A stretch of 64,000 bases of DNA from Mobula hypostoma (lineage: Eukaryota), in the NCBI RefSeq assembly GCF_963921235.1, contig NC_086108.1:12462001-12526000 (forward strand), in the 5' to 3' direction. Position 1 is the stretch's first letter, and the number at the start of each line of letters is the position of its first letter. The notes beneath the pieces are model-generated. The model had not been told where the DNA came from. It did no database searches and was given only the letters and a program-made list of their open reading frames with translations. Made by a program: the position numbers and the translations under genes. This document shows positions 39,298 to 50,464 of the stretch, in pieces.

Positions 39298-40404
39298 TGA
39301 TGGGACATGCTAAGAGCTTGGTGCCATGATGAGACACGCTGGATGACCAGAACTCCAGATGGGACAGAATGTTGAGCACAGGCTGAGTTCATGGTTGCTC
39401 TGCTCTTGGCAGGATGGGATTAAGCTGGAGAGGGTGCAGCCAAACCTCACAAGGAGGATGCCAGGATGGGAGGGCTTGACTTATAAGGGAAGGCTGGATA
39501 GCTGGGACTGCTTTCCCTGGACTACAGGAAGCCAAAGAGTTCATACAATCAAGAGTGGCATAGATATGGAGAATGGTCACAGTTTCACCCAGATTATGGG
39601 AGTGTAAGATTGATGAGCATCCATTCAAGGTGAGAAAGGAAAGATTCAAAAAGAACCCGAGGGCAACTTTTTCACACAGAAAATGTTGGGCACATGGAAT
39701 AAGCCAGCAGAGGAAGGTGTAGAGGTGGGCACAACTAGAATATTTAAAAGACATTTAGACAGGCACGTGGACAGGAAAGGATTAGAGTCAGAATCAGGTT
39801 TATTATCATTGACATATATCGAGAAATTTGTCACTGCGCAGCAGCAGTACAGTGCCATACTAAAAATAAGTTACAATAGTAAGTATGTAGTGCAAGAAGA
39901 GAGGAAACAGCAAGAAACTGCCCATGGGTTCAATGACTGCTCATAAATCTGATTGCAGATGGGAAGAAGCTGTTCATGAAATATTGTGTGTGACTCTTCA
40001 GGCCCCTGCATCCCCTCCCTGATGGCAGTTTGAACTGTAGAAAATGGGACTAGTTTAGGTGCACAATCTGGCCTGGTTCAGTGCAGTGTGAAATAACATA
40101 CAGAACATATGTCAATCATATGATACCCTCCACTCCACCATTACATACCATCACTCCACTTTCTATACTCTCACTCAACCATTATATACTCACTATTCTA
40201 TATACTCTCATTTCACTGTTATATACCCTTACTACACCATTCTATATTTCACTCTATCATTATATATCCTCACAAACCATTATATACACTCACTCCACCA
40301 TTCTATACCCTCACTCCATTATTATATACCCTTACCATTATATACGCTTCACAATTATTTACATCATTCCATCATTATATACCCTTCAAGATTATTTACC
40401 GTTC

Positions 40405-41530
40405 AAGATGGATTTCAGCAAGGCATTTGATAAGGTACCCCATGCAAGGCTTACTGAGAATGTAGGGAGGGATGGGATCCAAAGGGACATTGCTTTGTGG
40501 AACCAGAGTTGGTTTGCCCACAGAATGCAAGGAATGGTTGCAGATGGGTCATATTCTGCATGGAGGTCAGTGACCCCTTCTCTTTGCTAATTTTATAAAT
40601 GACCTAGATGAGGACGTGGAGGGATAGGTTAGTAAATTTGCTGATGGCACAAAGGTTGGGCGTGTTGTGGATAGTGTGGAGGACCGTCAGAGGTTACAGC
40701 GGGACATTGATAGGATGCAAAACTGGGTTGAGAAGTGGCAGATGGACTTCAACCCAGGTAAGTGTGAGGTGGTTCATTTTGTTAGGTCAAATATGATGGC
40801 AGAATATAGTATTAATGGTAAGACTCCTGGTAGTGTGGAGGATCACGGATCTTGGGGTCCATGTCCATAGGACACTCAAAGCTGCTGCGCAGGTTGACTC
40901 TGTGGTTAAGAAGGCATACGGTGCATTGGCCTTCATCAACCATGGGATTGAGTTCAAGAGCCGAGAGGTAATGTTACAGCTGTATAGGATCCTGGTCAGA
41001 CCCCACTTGGAGTACTGTGCTCAGTTCTGGTCACCTCACTACAGGAAGGATGTGGAAACCATAGAAAGGGTGCAGGGAGACTTACAAGGATGTTGCCTGG
41101 ATTGGGGAGCATGCCTTATGAGAATAGGTTGAGTGAACTCGGCCTTTTCTCCTTAGAGCGGCAGAGGATGAGAGGTGACCTGAGAGAGACGTATAAGATG
41201 ATGAGAGGCACTGATCATGTTGATAATCAGAGGCTTTTTCCCAGGGCTGAAATGGCTAACAGGAGAGGGCATAGTTTTAAGGTGCTTGGAAGTAGGTACA
41301 GAGGGGATCTCAGGGGTGAGGTTTCTACGCAGAGAGTGGTGAGTGCGTGGAATGGGCTATCGACGATGGTGGTGAAGGTGGATGCGATAGGTTCTTTTAA
41401 GAGTCTCCTGGACAGGTACAGGAAGCTTAGAAAAATAGAGGTCTATTGGTAACTCTAAGTAATTTCTAAAGTGAGTACATGTTTGGCACAGGATTGTGGA
41501 CTGAAGGGCCTGTATTGTTCTATGTTTCTA
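40405..41530 (+). mobile_element. CR1 LINE (RT to 3' end)
   Basis: 'MDFSKAFDKVPH', 'LVRPHLEYCAQFWSPHYRKD', 'QRMRGDLRETYKMM'. Confidence 0.9.
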
Positions 41531-42058
41531 TTTACCTCACTCCACAATTAAATACCACCCGTCCACCATTATATACATTCACTCCATTATTCTACACCCT
41601 CACTCTATTATATACCCTCACTCCACCATATATACCCTCACTCCACCAATATATACTATCACTCCACCATTATATACCCTTCAGTACTATATACCCTCAC
41701 TCTGTCATTATAAGACCATCAGACCATAATATATAGGAGCAGAATTAGGCCATTCGGCCCATTGAGTCTGCTCCACCATTCCATGATGGCTGATCCATTT
41801 CCCTCTCAGTCCCAATCTCCTGCCTTTTCCCCGTATCCCTTCTTGCCCTGACTAATCAAGAATCTGTCAACCTCTGTCTTAAATAAACCCATCGACTTGC
41901 CTGCACAGCCACCTGTGGCAATGATTTCCACAAATTCACCACGTTCTGGCTGAAGAAATATTCTCCTCATCTCCGTTCTTAATGGACACTCCTCTGTTCT
42001 GAGGATATGACCTCTGGTCCCAGACACACCCATCATGGAAAACACCCTCTCCACATCC

Positions 42059-42157
42059 GAGCAACACACATCAAAGTTGCTGGTGAATGCAGCAGGCCAG
42101 GCAGCATCTCTAGGAAGAGGTACAGTCGACGTTTCAGGCCGAGACCCTTCGTCAGGA
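42059..42157 (-). mobile_element. 99-bp PLE-derived mini-insertion with 12-bp TSD CTCTCCACATCC
   Basis: TSD copies at 42047-42058 and 42158-42169; CR1 continuous across the insertion. Confidence 0.85.
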
Positions 42158-42159
42158 CT
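42124..42159 (-). ncRNA. Minimal type I hammerhead ribozyme motif (intact core)
   Basis: 5'-AGUC CUGACGA AGG GUCUCGG CCU GAAAC GUC GACU-3': stem I AGUC/GACU, CUGANGA, stem II AGG/CCU, GAAA, palindromic ACGU stem III, GUC cleavage triplet. Confidence 0.8.
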
Positions 42160-42568
42160 CTCCACATCCACTCTATCCAGGCCTTTCAACATTGAATCGC
42201 TTTCAATGGGATCCCCCTCATTCTTCTAAATTCCATTAAGTACAGGCCCAGAGCCGTCCAATGCTCCACATATGGTAACTCTTTCATTCCAGGGACCATT
42301 CTAATGAACCTCCTCTGACCTCACTCCTACGTCAGCAGATACAAGGGGCTCAAAACAGCTCACAATACTCCACGTGAGGCCTTGTCTGTGCTTCATAATG
42401 CCTCAACATTACTTCTTTGCTATTTTATTCTTGTCTTCTCGAAATGAATGCTAACATCATATTTGCTTTCCTCACCACCAACACAACCTGCAAATTAACC
42501 TTTAGGAAATCCTGTATGAGTAGTCCCAAGTTCCTTTGCACCTCAGGTTTTTGAAATTTTCTCTCCAC

Positions 42569-42772
42569 TTCAAAATTTGCTTTGTTGTTCCTTTTTGTGC
42601 CATGTGGCATTTTTTGATGTTTCCTCAGCATTTGTCTGTTTTTTACGAGGCCAGATAGCTAGCTTGATGCTCAACCCAGCACAGATGGAAAACGTGCAAG
42701 GGGCCGGTCGGATTCAAACCCGGGACCATTCGCCTAAAAGTCCATTGCTGATGCCACTACACCACCAGGCAG
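42569..42772 (-). mobile_element. tRNA-derived SINE
   Basis: A box TGGTGTAGTGG and B box GGTTTGAATCC on the minus strand; inserted in CR1. Confidence 0.75.
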
Positions 42773-42852
42773 CATTTAGAAAATAGTCTATGCTTTTACT
42801 TCTTTTATCAAAGTGCATTACCATGCACTTCCTGACACTGTATTCCATCTGC

Positions 42853-43440
42853 TGTGGGTCAAATAGCTGTTGTGATGCGTCTAGTGTGGTAGTATAGTGG
42901 GTAGCGCTTGTCACTCTCACTTTCAGCTTCCAGCACTGGCTAGCAGTTTCACGAAAAGGAAAGCTGAAGGTGTAAGTCTCTCCCTGCCAGTACATAGCCT
43001 CTCCAACAGCAAGCCTCATGTGGTGCCTCCTTGCTGGCGACACATGGAAACTGAACTCCTTTCGGACTCGGGCTGAACTGCAGAGTATGGGGAGGAGGTC
43101 TGGCCCCTGCACGTAGCACACAGGCCCATCAGTGAACCAGTTCCCCAGCTATTGGTAACTAGCCCCACTGCCTTGAGGGCAGTCTCGGGTGAGAAGAAGA
43201 CCACGGGAGTAAACTCAGACAGAAAATCCAGAGTGAAGCTCTTAAGGCAGTTGGACATCACTGACCATCCTTCCGGCAGCTCCGGCTGCCAAACTGGTGC
43301 CAAATACATTGGTTCACTTTTTTTTGGACTACACTGGTGAGGCTGAGAGGAGGATCTTAATGACTGGGCATCCCAGGATCTCCATATGTTTCACCCAGGC
43401 TTGAACTCCTTTGTTCTTCAAGACAGAAAGATGCCATCAC
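42853..43440 (+). mobile_element. Non-autonomous RTE-like retroelement (5' UTR + 3' tail, no ORF)
   Basis: Interrupts CR1 with imperfect duplication tattccatctgc / cattctacctgc; 3' part resembles the tail of the SINE at 23328; RTE assignment is inference. Confidence 0.6.
42875..43082 (+). ncRNA. HDV-like self-cleaving ribozyme motif
   Basis: P1 AUGCGUC(42875)/GACACAU(43039); P2 UGUGGU(43019)/ACUGCA(43077); P3 GCC/GGC with L3 UCCUUGCU; P1.1 CC/GG(43046); P4 hairpin 43048-43072; J4/2 CUGA with candidate catalytic C at 43073. Confidence 0.75.
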
Positions 43441-45919
43441 CATTCTACCTGCCACTTCTTTACCCATTCTCCTACTCTGCCTCAATCCTTCTGTAGCTTC
43501 TCCACTTCCTCAACGTTACCTGGCCCTGCATCTACCTTCGTATCATCTGAAAACTTGGCTGCAAAGCCATCAAATCCATCATCCAAATCATTGACACGTA
43601 ACATGAAAAGAAGTGACCCCATCACAGACCCCTGTGGAACAACACTAGTCACCACAGCTAAACTGAAAAGGTTCACTTTATTCCCACCTTTAGCCTCCTG
43701 CCAATTAGCCAATGCTCTATCCTTGCTAGTATCTTTCCTGTAATACCATGACCTCTTAACTTATTAAGCAGTCTCATGTGTGGCACCTTGTCAAAGGCCT
43801 TCTGATAATCCAAGTACACAACCTCCACCAATTCTCCTTTGTCCAGCCTGTTCGTTATTTCTTCAAAGAATTCCAACAGATTTGTCAGGCAAGATTTTTC
43901 CTTGAGGAAACCATACTGATCGTGACTTATTTTATCATCTGCCTCCAAGTACCCTGAAATCATACCCTTAGCAATCGATTCCAACATCTTCCCAACCACT
44001 GAGGTCAGGCTAACTAGGGTATAATTTCTTTTCTTCTGCCTCACTTCTTTTTGGAAAGTGGAGTGATAGTTACAATTTTCCAGTCCTCTGGAACCATGCC
44101 AGAATCTATTGATTCCCGAAAGATCATTACTAACGCCTCCATAACCTCTTCCACCACCTCTTTCAGAAAACTGGGGTGTAGACAATCTGGTCCAGGTGAC
44201 TTATCTACCTATCAGTTTCCCAAGAACCTTCTCTCTAGTAATGGCAACTTCACTCACTTCTGTCTCCTGACACTAAAAAATCCTTCATACTGCTGGTATC
44301 TTCCACAGCAAAGAGTGATGCAAGATACTTAATCGGTTTGTCCACCATTTCCTTGTCTTATTACTACCAATCCAGGACTATTGTATCTTCTCCCTATTAT
44401 ATATGATTCACAATATTATACCCTTCACTGCTATATACCCTCACTTCATCATTATATACCATTCACCAGCATATGCTCCAACATCCTATACGCTTCACTA
44501 TTATATACCATCATTATTACATACCCTTCAGCACTACATACCCTCAACTACTAAGAGCGCCTAGTGTAGACAGGTGGGAGGAGGGAAGAATTTCTATACT
44601 GCTGGACCTTCTACAGAGAACAGTTTACAAGAAGATAAATGGCGGGGTGGGGAAGGATCAGATAAGGTTGGCCTGAGACTGGAATGGACTTCTTCAATGT
44701 TGTGAACAGATATGAAAGATGCTCTTTCTTTTAAAGTAAGATAACATCTGTGTACAATCTGTTACTGATGTCTTTTATGTCAGCAGAAAGCAGGACCAAA
44801 ATATCAATCAATAATTCTTAATATTTATAAATGAATGTAATATTGTGATAGACAGGCTATGAAATGTCAGCTGATGCAGCAATCTCTCCGTTTATTGAGT
44901 GTTTCAATTACCTGTGGCTTTGGCAATCGAACGGCGCTGATATAATGCACAGTGAGCAAGTTTGAAAGAACATTGTGACATTGGGACCCTAAAGATTTTG
45001 CAAGGTTGTACCTATCAAACCACTCCCTGGCTGGGCAAGTCTGAGATGATGTGGACACTGCTATATAATTTCTCCAACCCTTCAACTGTTCCATTTCTGA
45101 CCACTATTTCCTGAGTTATCGTTAAACCCAGCACAGACCCATGGTTCTGTCCTGGGCCCAACATACTGAGGCAATCACAAACAAGGCATACCAAAGTTCA
45201 AAGTTCAAAGTAAGTTTTATTCTCAATTTACAGGTAACAACCCTGATTCTGATACGGGTCTCGATTGTGGACTGAGAGTGGGAAAGGGGCAGGGAGGGAG
45301 CAAAAGGGGGACATTCTGTAATGATCAATAAACCAATTGTTTGGAATCAAATGATCTTGCCAGGCGTCTCAGGAATGGGTGGGTCTGCACCCGCACCACC
45401 CCCTCCCCAACTCGCCCCTGTCCCACACCCTGCCCATGGCACTCCACCCTCACCATTCCCAAAATCATTTGCTCCCACCAGATTTACAAACTCACTCTCT
45501 GCTCAACATTGACAGATACAGAGCTATGCAAAAGTTTAAGACACCCTAGCTATACATACTGCATGTGCCTAAGACTTTTGCACAATTCTCTGTGCCTTTG
45601 GATAATCTTGCTGCTACAAATCATCAGATTTCATGTCAGATAAGAGAGTGATAATAAACCTGACTTTGATTCTGAATAAACCTAATAAATATTGATGTTG
45701 TTTGCAGGTCAGGATTTTACGCAGATCTTCATTTTGATGGGCCATTAGTACAAGGGCAGTGATGGAACGTCATGCAGCAGCTATGGTAAAACTGAAAGGA
45801 TTACTTGGATTAGGGCTGATCCCACTTCTGCTCACAGAATTTACAAGGTTGCTTGTCTGCAGTTGCTCACCTCATTAGCTACCATTCAATTCTCTCAGGA
45901 ACGTAGCCCGTATGAAACT

Positions 45920-46040
45920 TCCCGATGCAGGGTGTCGACTTGAAATGTTGACCATTCCTTTCCCCCACCCCATATTCCCCCACGGATGTTGCCAATCCTC
46001 CAGCAGTTTGCTTTTCAGTGTTTGCAGACTCTTGCATCTC
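45920..46040 (+). mobile_element. PLE-terminus fragment of a second subfamily with decayed hammerhead
   Basis: 'cccgatgcagggtgtcgacttgaaatgttgac...ctccagcagtttg'. Confidence 0.45.
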
Positions 46041-46094
46041 CATTAAATGTCCTTGCTTTATTTGAGATTGAGAAGCTACTGTGACCAACATTAC

Positions 46095-46290
46095 TGACCG
46101 TGTGAGGAGTTGTCATTGTTGTAATGCGGAAAACACTGCAGCAGAAACACGCACAGCAAGAGGTCACAAAGAACACTGTGATCATGACCCAATAATCTGC
46201 TTTAATTGGACTGATTGAGGATTAAATCTTGGACTCAGGACAGGATGAACTTTAAAAGGGAGCAGATGGGGTCCTGGGTAACCTTCTCAA
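46095..46290 (-). mobile_element. Ancient DeuSINE (Deu-domain, AmnSINE1/SacSINE1-like) remnant
   Basis: 'tgtaatgcggaaaacactgcagc...gcacagcaag...cacaaa...tgtgatcatgacccaataatctg...tgattgaggattaaatcttgg...caggac' matches the recalled reverse complement of the Deu domain. Confidence 0.6.
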
Positions 46291-46599
46291 TGATGCATGA
46301 GCCTCTGACAGAGATTCCTGGGTCATTTGTCATCCATTCCTTCCAGATGTTTAAATCTGAAGCTGGACTTGGCTGGAAGTGAGAGGGTCTCAGAAAATGT
46401 TCTACCGATGATTGTATTTCCTCCCTGTCCATAAATGTTAACAACTTGATCTCTTGGTGCAAGTGTAAACTTTGTAAACACTCTTACAAAGGGAGATCTA
46501 TCGTAAACCAGTTTACTCCGACACAAAGAATTTAAAAACTGAATTATTAAAATCCAATGCAAACTTAACGAACTATCTTAATTAGGAATTTTTAATTAT

Positions 46600-46995
46600 A
46601 GAATCATAGTCATAGAAAAGTACAGCACAGAAACAGGCCCTTTGGCCCATCTAGTCCATGCTGAACCATTTAAGCTGCCTACTCCCATCCACCTGCACCT
46701 GAAACACAGCCCTCTACACCCCTCCTATCCATGTCCCTATCCAAACTTCTCTTAAATATTGAAATCGAGCTTGCATGCACCACTTGTGACAGAAGAAGTT
46801 TCCCCTCATGTTCCCCTTAAAAGTTTAACATTTTTTCTACCTAAACCCATGACCTCTAGTTGTAGTCCCTCCCAACCTCAGTGGAAAAAGCCTGCTTGGA
46901 TTTACCCTATCCATGCCCTCAAAATTTTGTATACCTCCATCAAATCTCCTCTCAAACTTGTTCAGACTAAAGAATAAAGTCTTAACCTATTCAGT
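46600..46995 (-). mobile_element. CR1 3' end
   Basis: Same subfamily as 13230-13790 and 23635-23890. Confidence 0.8.
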
Positions 46996-47609
46996 TTTAA
47001 GCAAGCCGTCATTGAATCAATGAATATCAAAACATGTTAGAAATCTGAGGCAAAGCCACGGCAGCACGGTAGTGTTTTCAGTACCAGCGATCCGGGTTCA
47101 GTTCCCACTGCTGCCTATAAGGAGTCTGTACGTTCTCCCTGTAACCGCGTGGATTTCCTCCAGGTGCTCCTGTTTCCTCCCACAGTCCAAAGATGTTCCG
47201 GTTGGTAGGTTAATTGGTCATTGTAAATTGTCCTGAGATTTGGCTAGGATTAAATCGGCCGTTTGGTATGTCAGATCCTTCATGTTTGGTTGGAATGTCA
47301 CTCCCTGGGACAGCAGCAATGAGCACAATCTGGTCGTCCATCTCTTCATGAACTGTGCATTTGTGAAGAAAGGATGTGGGGTCCTTAATGAGATTCATCC
47401 TGTGCACCTGCTCTCCGGTCTACAGCTGTTCCCGGGGACTCACAGAGAAGGACATTACGTGCTGTTGGAAGATCACCAAATGGTGAAAGTTGCTCTATGA
47501 CCTGTCTGAAATTTTTTTTGGTCTTCGAGCACATCAAGATGTCTGTAAAGGAACACTGCCAGCTGGCATATATGGGCTGTTGGAGTACATCTTAAACATG
47601 GGAGGTCCT

Positions 47610-48685
47610 ACAGACACTGGAAATCCAGAGCAACACACACACAATGCTGGAGGAAGTCAGCAGGTCAAGCAGCATTTATGGAAATTAATAAACAGTTGGC
47701 GTTTAGGATCAATATCCTTGTTCATGCCTGGAAAAGAAGGGGGAAAATGCCAGAATAAATAGGTGGGGGGGAGGGCAAAGAGGTAAGCTAGAAGGTGTTA
47801 GATAAAGGTGGAGGATAGGGAAAGGCTAAGGACTGGAGAGGAAAGTGGACCATGGGAGAAAGGGATAGAGGAGGGGACCCAGGAGGAGGTGATAGGCAGG
47901 TAAGAAGAGGTAAGAGACTAAATGGAGAATGGCGGGGGGGACATATTTTTACCGGAAGGAGAAATCGATATTCATGCCATCAGGTAGGAGGCTACCCAGA
48001 CAGAATATAAGGTGTTGCTCCTCCACCATTATGGTGGCCTCATCTTGTTACGAGTGGAGGCCAAGGACTGACATGTCGGAATGGGAATGGGAATCGGGAT
48101 TAAACTGCTTGGCCAGCGAGAAGACCCGCTTTTGGGAAATGGAGAGGAGGTGCTCAACGAAGCAGCCCCCCAATTTATGATGGGTCTCACCAGTGTAGAA
48201 GAGGACACTTTGGGAGCACCAGACATAATAGGGGACCCCAGCACATTCGCGGATGAAGCGTTGCCTCATCTGGAAGGACTGTTAGGGCCCTTAATGGAGG
48301 AGAGGGAGAAGGTGAATGGGCAGGTGTAGCATTTTGGCCACTTGCAGGAATAAGTATCAGGACGAAGATTACTGGGGAGGGATGAATGGACAAGGGAATC
48401 ATGGAGGGAGTGATTCCTGTGGGAAGTGGAGAGAAAGGGGAAGATAAAGATATGTTTGGTTGTACGATCCCTTTAGAGATGGCGGAGGTTGCAGAGGATG
48501 ATAGGGGTGGTAGGTGAGGACAAGAGGAACTCCATCATTGTTAAAGCAGCGAGAAAATGGGGTGAGTGTGGATGTTCAGAAAATGGAGGAGATGCGAGTG
48601 AAGACAGCATCAATAGTGGAGAGAGGGAAACCTCATTCTTTGAAGAAGGAGTACATCTCTGATGTCGTGGAAAGGAAAGCTGGGG
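47610..48685 (-). mobile_element. Penelope-like element: GIY-YIG region plus terminal repeat
   Basis: 'VPYYVWCSQSVLFYTGETHHKLGGCFVEHL...LAKQFNPDSHSHSDMSVLGL'. Confidence 0.8.
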
Positions 48686-48878
48686 ACAGATGCAAGAGTT
48701 CATGCTGAGGGAATCTCAAAAGCTCAGTACAGCCACAACAGAAACTATAGAGAAAGACTAGTCCAGGGTACTGCTTCCCCTGGTCTCTAAAGAGCTGGTC
48801 CCAGTGAAAGACTCTCAAGACTCATGATTTGTGCCCCAAAGAGACCACCGGAGTGGCAATGGTGCTAATACTGTAGAT

Positions 48879-48959
48879 CTGGGGTTCCCAACCTGCTGCC
48901 CATGGACCCTTTGGTTAATGGTAATGCTCCATGACATAACAAAGGCTTTGGAATCCCTG
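48879..48959. mobile_element. 81-bp hAT-type MITE, 8-bp TSD CTGTAGAT/CTGCAGAC
   Basis: TIRs ctggggttccca / tggaatccctg; shares 'ttatgtcatggagc' with the 14137 element (opposite orientation). Confidence 0.75.
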
Positions 48960-49249
48960 CTGCAGACCCCTGACACGATGAATGTCAAGAGATTGAGCAG
49001 TGATTTTTGTATTGCTTCGGTGCATCTTCCTTGTGAATAAATTTTATATTTGAAATTTACAAAGATGTTCTTGGAGCAGGATCTGGAGATAAATACAGTC
49101 TGAGGATGCGGATAAAGTCAACGTCTTCTCCCCTACTGGAGTTTGAGGTCAGACTGAGGGAATGACTGCTGGAAGGAAGGCATTTATCATGCTGAACAGC
49201 TTTCTTCCCTACAGAAAACAGGCCTTGGTTTGATGTCTTCTATCACATC

Positions 49250-49995
49250 AAGATGGCGCTTGGGTACAAAACTCCTTCGGTTAACTTCTGGATAAATTAT
49301 GAAACCATTTGTTTCACTTCTTCTACTTCTTTTATATCTGTATTTCATCTTGACTATGTTTCTGGGACTGTTAGAGCCTGCAATTTCCAGACTGGAGAGC
49401 AACTGAGCGATCCAGTGCTTTGCTGTCTCTGAGAAGATTCCGAGAAGCAGCGAGCGCGAACCTCGATGTGAAGAAACCACGAGACAGGGTGCGAGCTGAC
49501 TCTGTTTTTGCCCATTAAAGCTTCCGTTATTCACTGATTAAAGCAGTGATGAAGCCTGAACTATCAAGGCGCCTGTGAAGGGCAAGTACCAGTGGTCTTC
49601 TGCTGCTGGTGGGATCGCTCTGCTGTCAAAGAGGAAGCCTATGTAGCCTATCACTGTGACCAAAGTCTCTCCCTTTCAATAGTGCTGGTGAACGTTACCG
49701 AGGTTTCTACGTATGGATTTTGGCCTATGGACTGTGGACCCTTTTTTCAGTCTTATAGTTTTTATATTCTGTGTTTTGCCCTTCTTTCTTGTCTTTTTGT
49801 GTGTGTCGGCGGGGGGTGGATTTGGGGCTGGTTATTATGGCATTTCGTGCAGTGGGGAAGGGCTTGGGGGGGTTGATGATGATCTTGGTGATTAGATGTG
49901 TCTCTCTGAACTGACTTCCATTGTTTTTCTTGGTTTCATGGTTTCTGGAGAAGATTCTCAGAGTTGTATACTTTGATAATAGCTGAACCTTTGAA
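49250..49995 (+). mobile_element. Non-autonomous retroposon (aagatggcg head, ttgaacct-type tail)
   Basis: Same architecture as 14170-14962 and 31850-32765. Confidence 0.65.
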
Positions 49996-50464
49996 AGTGG
50001 TCACGTCATTTTCAATATAGGTTCTCCTCTAACTCCACCTACAAGTTTGCAGATAATAGTAAGCCACATCTCAAAGCTCAAAGTAAATTTTATTATCCAA
50101 GTACAGTACATATATATCACCATCTACAACCCTGAGATTTATTTTCCCGTGGGCATATTCAATAAATCTGTAGAATAGTAACCATAACAGAATCAATGAA
50201 AGACAACCCAATTACAGCATTTAACCAGAGTGCAGAAGACAACAACCTGTGCAAATACAAAATCAAGAAATAATAAATGAATAAATATTATGTATCAAGA
50301 ACATGAGATGAAGAATCCTCTCAAATAATGATTAGTCAGAGTACAGGAAGGAGATGGAGAGTTTAGTGACACGTTGTCGTGGCAACAATCTCTCTCAATG
50401 TCAACAAAAGAGCTGGTCATTGACTTTAAAAAGGAGGCCCATGCTCCGGTCTGCATGTGGGCAT

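Larger units (their letters stand above)
41712..44390 (-). mobile_element. Old CR1 LINE hosting three nested small insertions
   Basis: 'SLTSVVGKMLES...KSCLTNLLEFFEE...DYQKAFDKVPH', 'VPQGSVMG..KFSDDTK'. Confidence 0.9.
40120..44550. repeat. Old ~21-bp degenerate minisatellite (ctccaccattatataccctca-like) in three blocks: 40120-40390, 41533-41712, 44395-44550
   Basis: Same motif in all three blocks, separated only by CR1 insertions. Confidence 0.75.
47290..49065 (+). mobile_element. Tx1/L1-clade ORF2 C-terminal remnants (47290-47600 and 48690-49065) flanking a PLE
   Basis: 'VVHLFMNCAFVKK' zinc-knuckle-like, 'LFPGTH', 'QEFMLRE..KL', then AATAAA. Confidence 0.55.

Noticed and set aside
40081..40590. 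169-aa Tyr/Ile/His-rich ORF
   Set aside because: Read-through of a degenerate minisatellite into a CR1 RT fragment
33930..44980. V(D)J recombination signals (CACAGTG at ~33933, ~39040, ~44948)
   Set aside because: No convincing ACAAAAACC nonamer was found at canonical spacing and no V/J-like coding segments are adjacent
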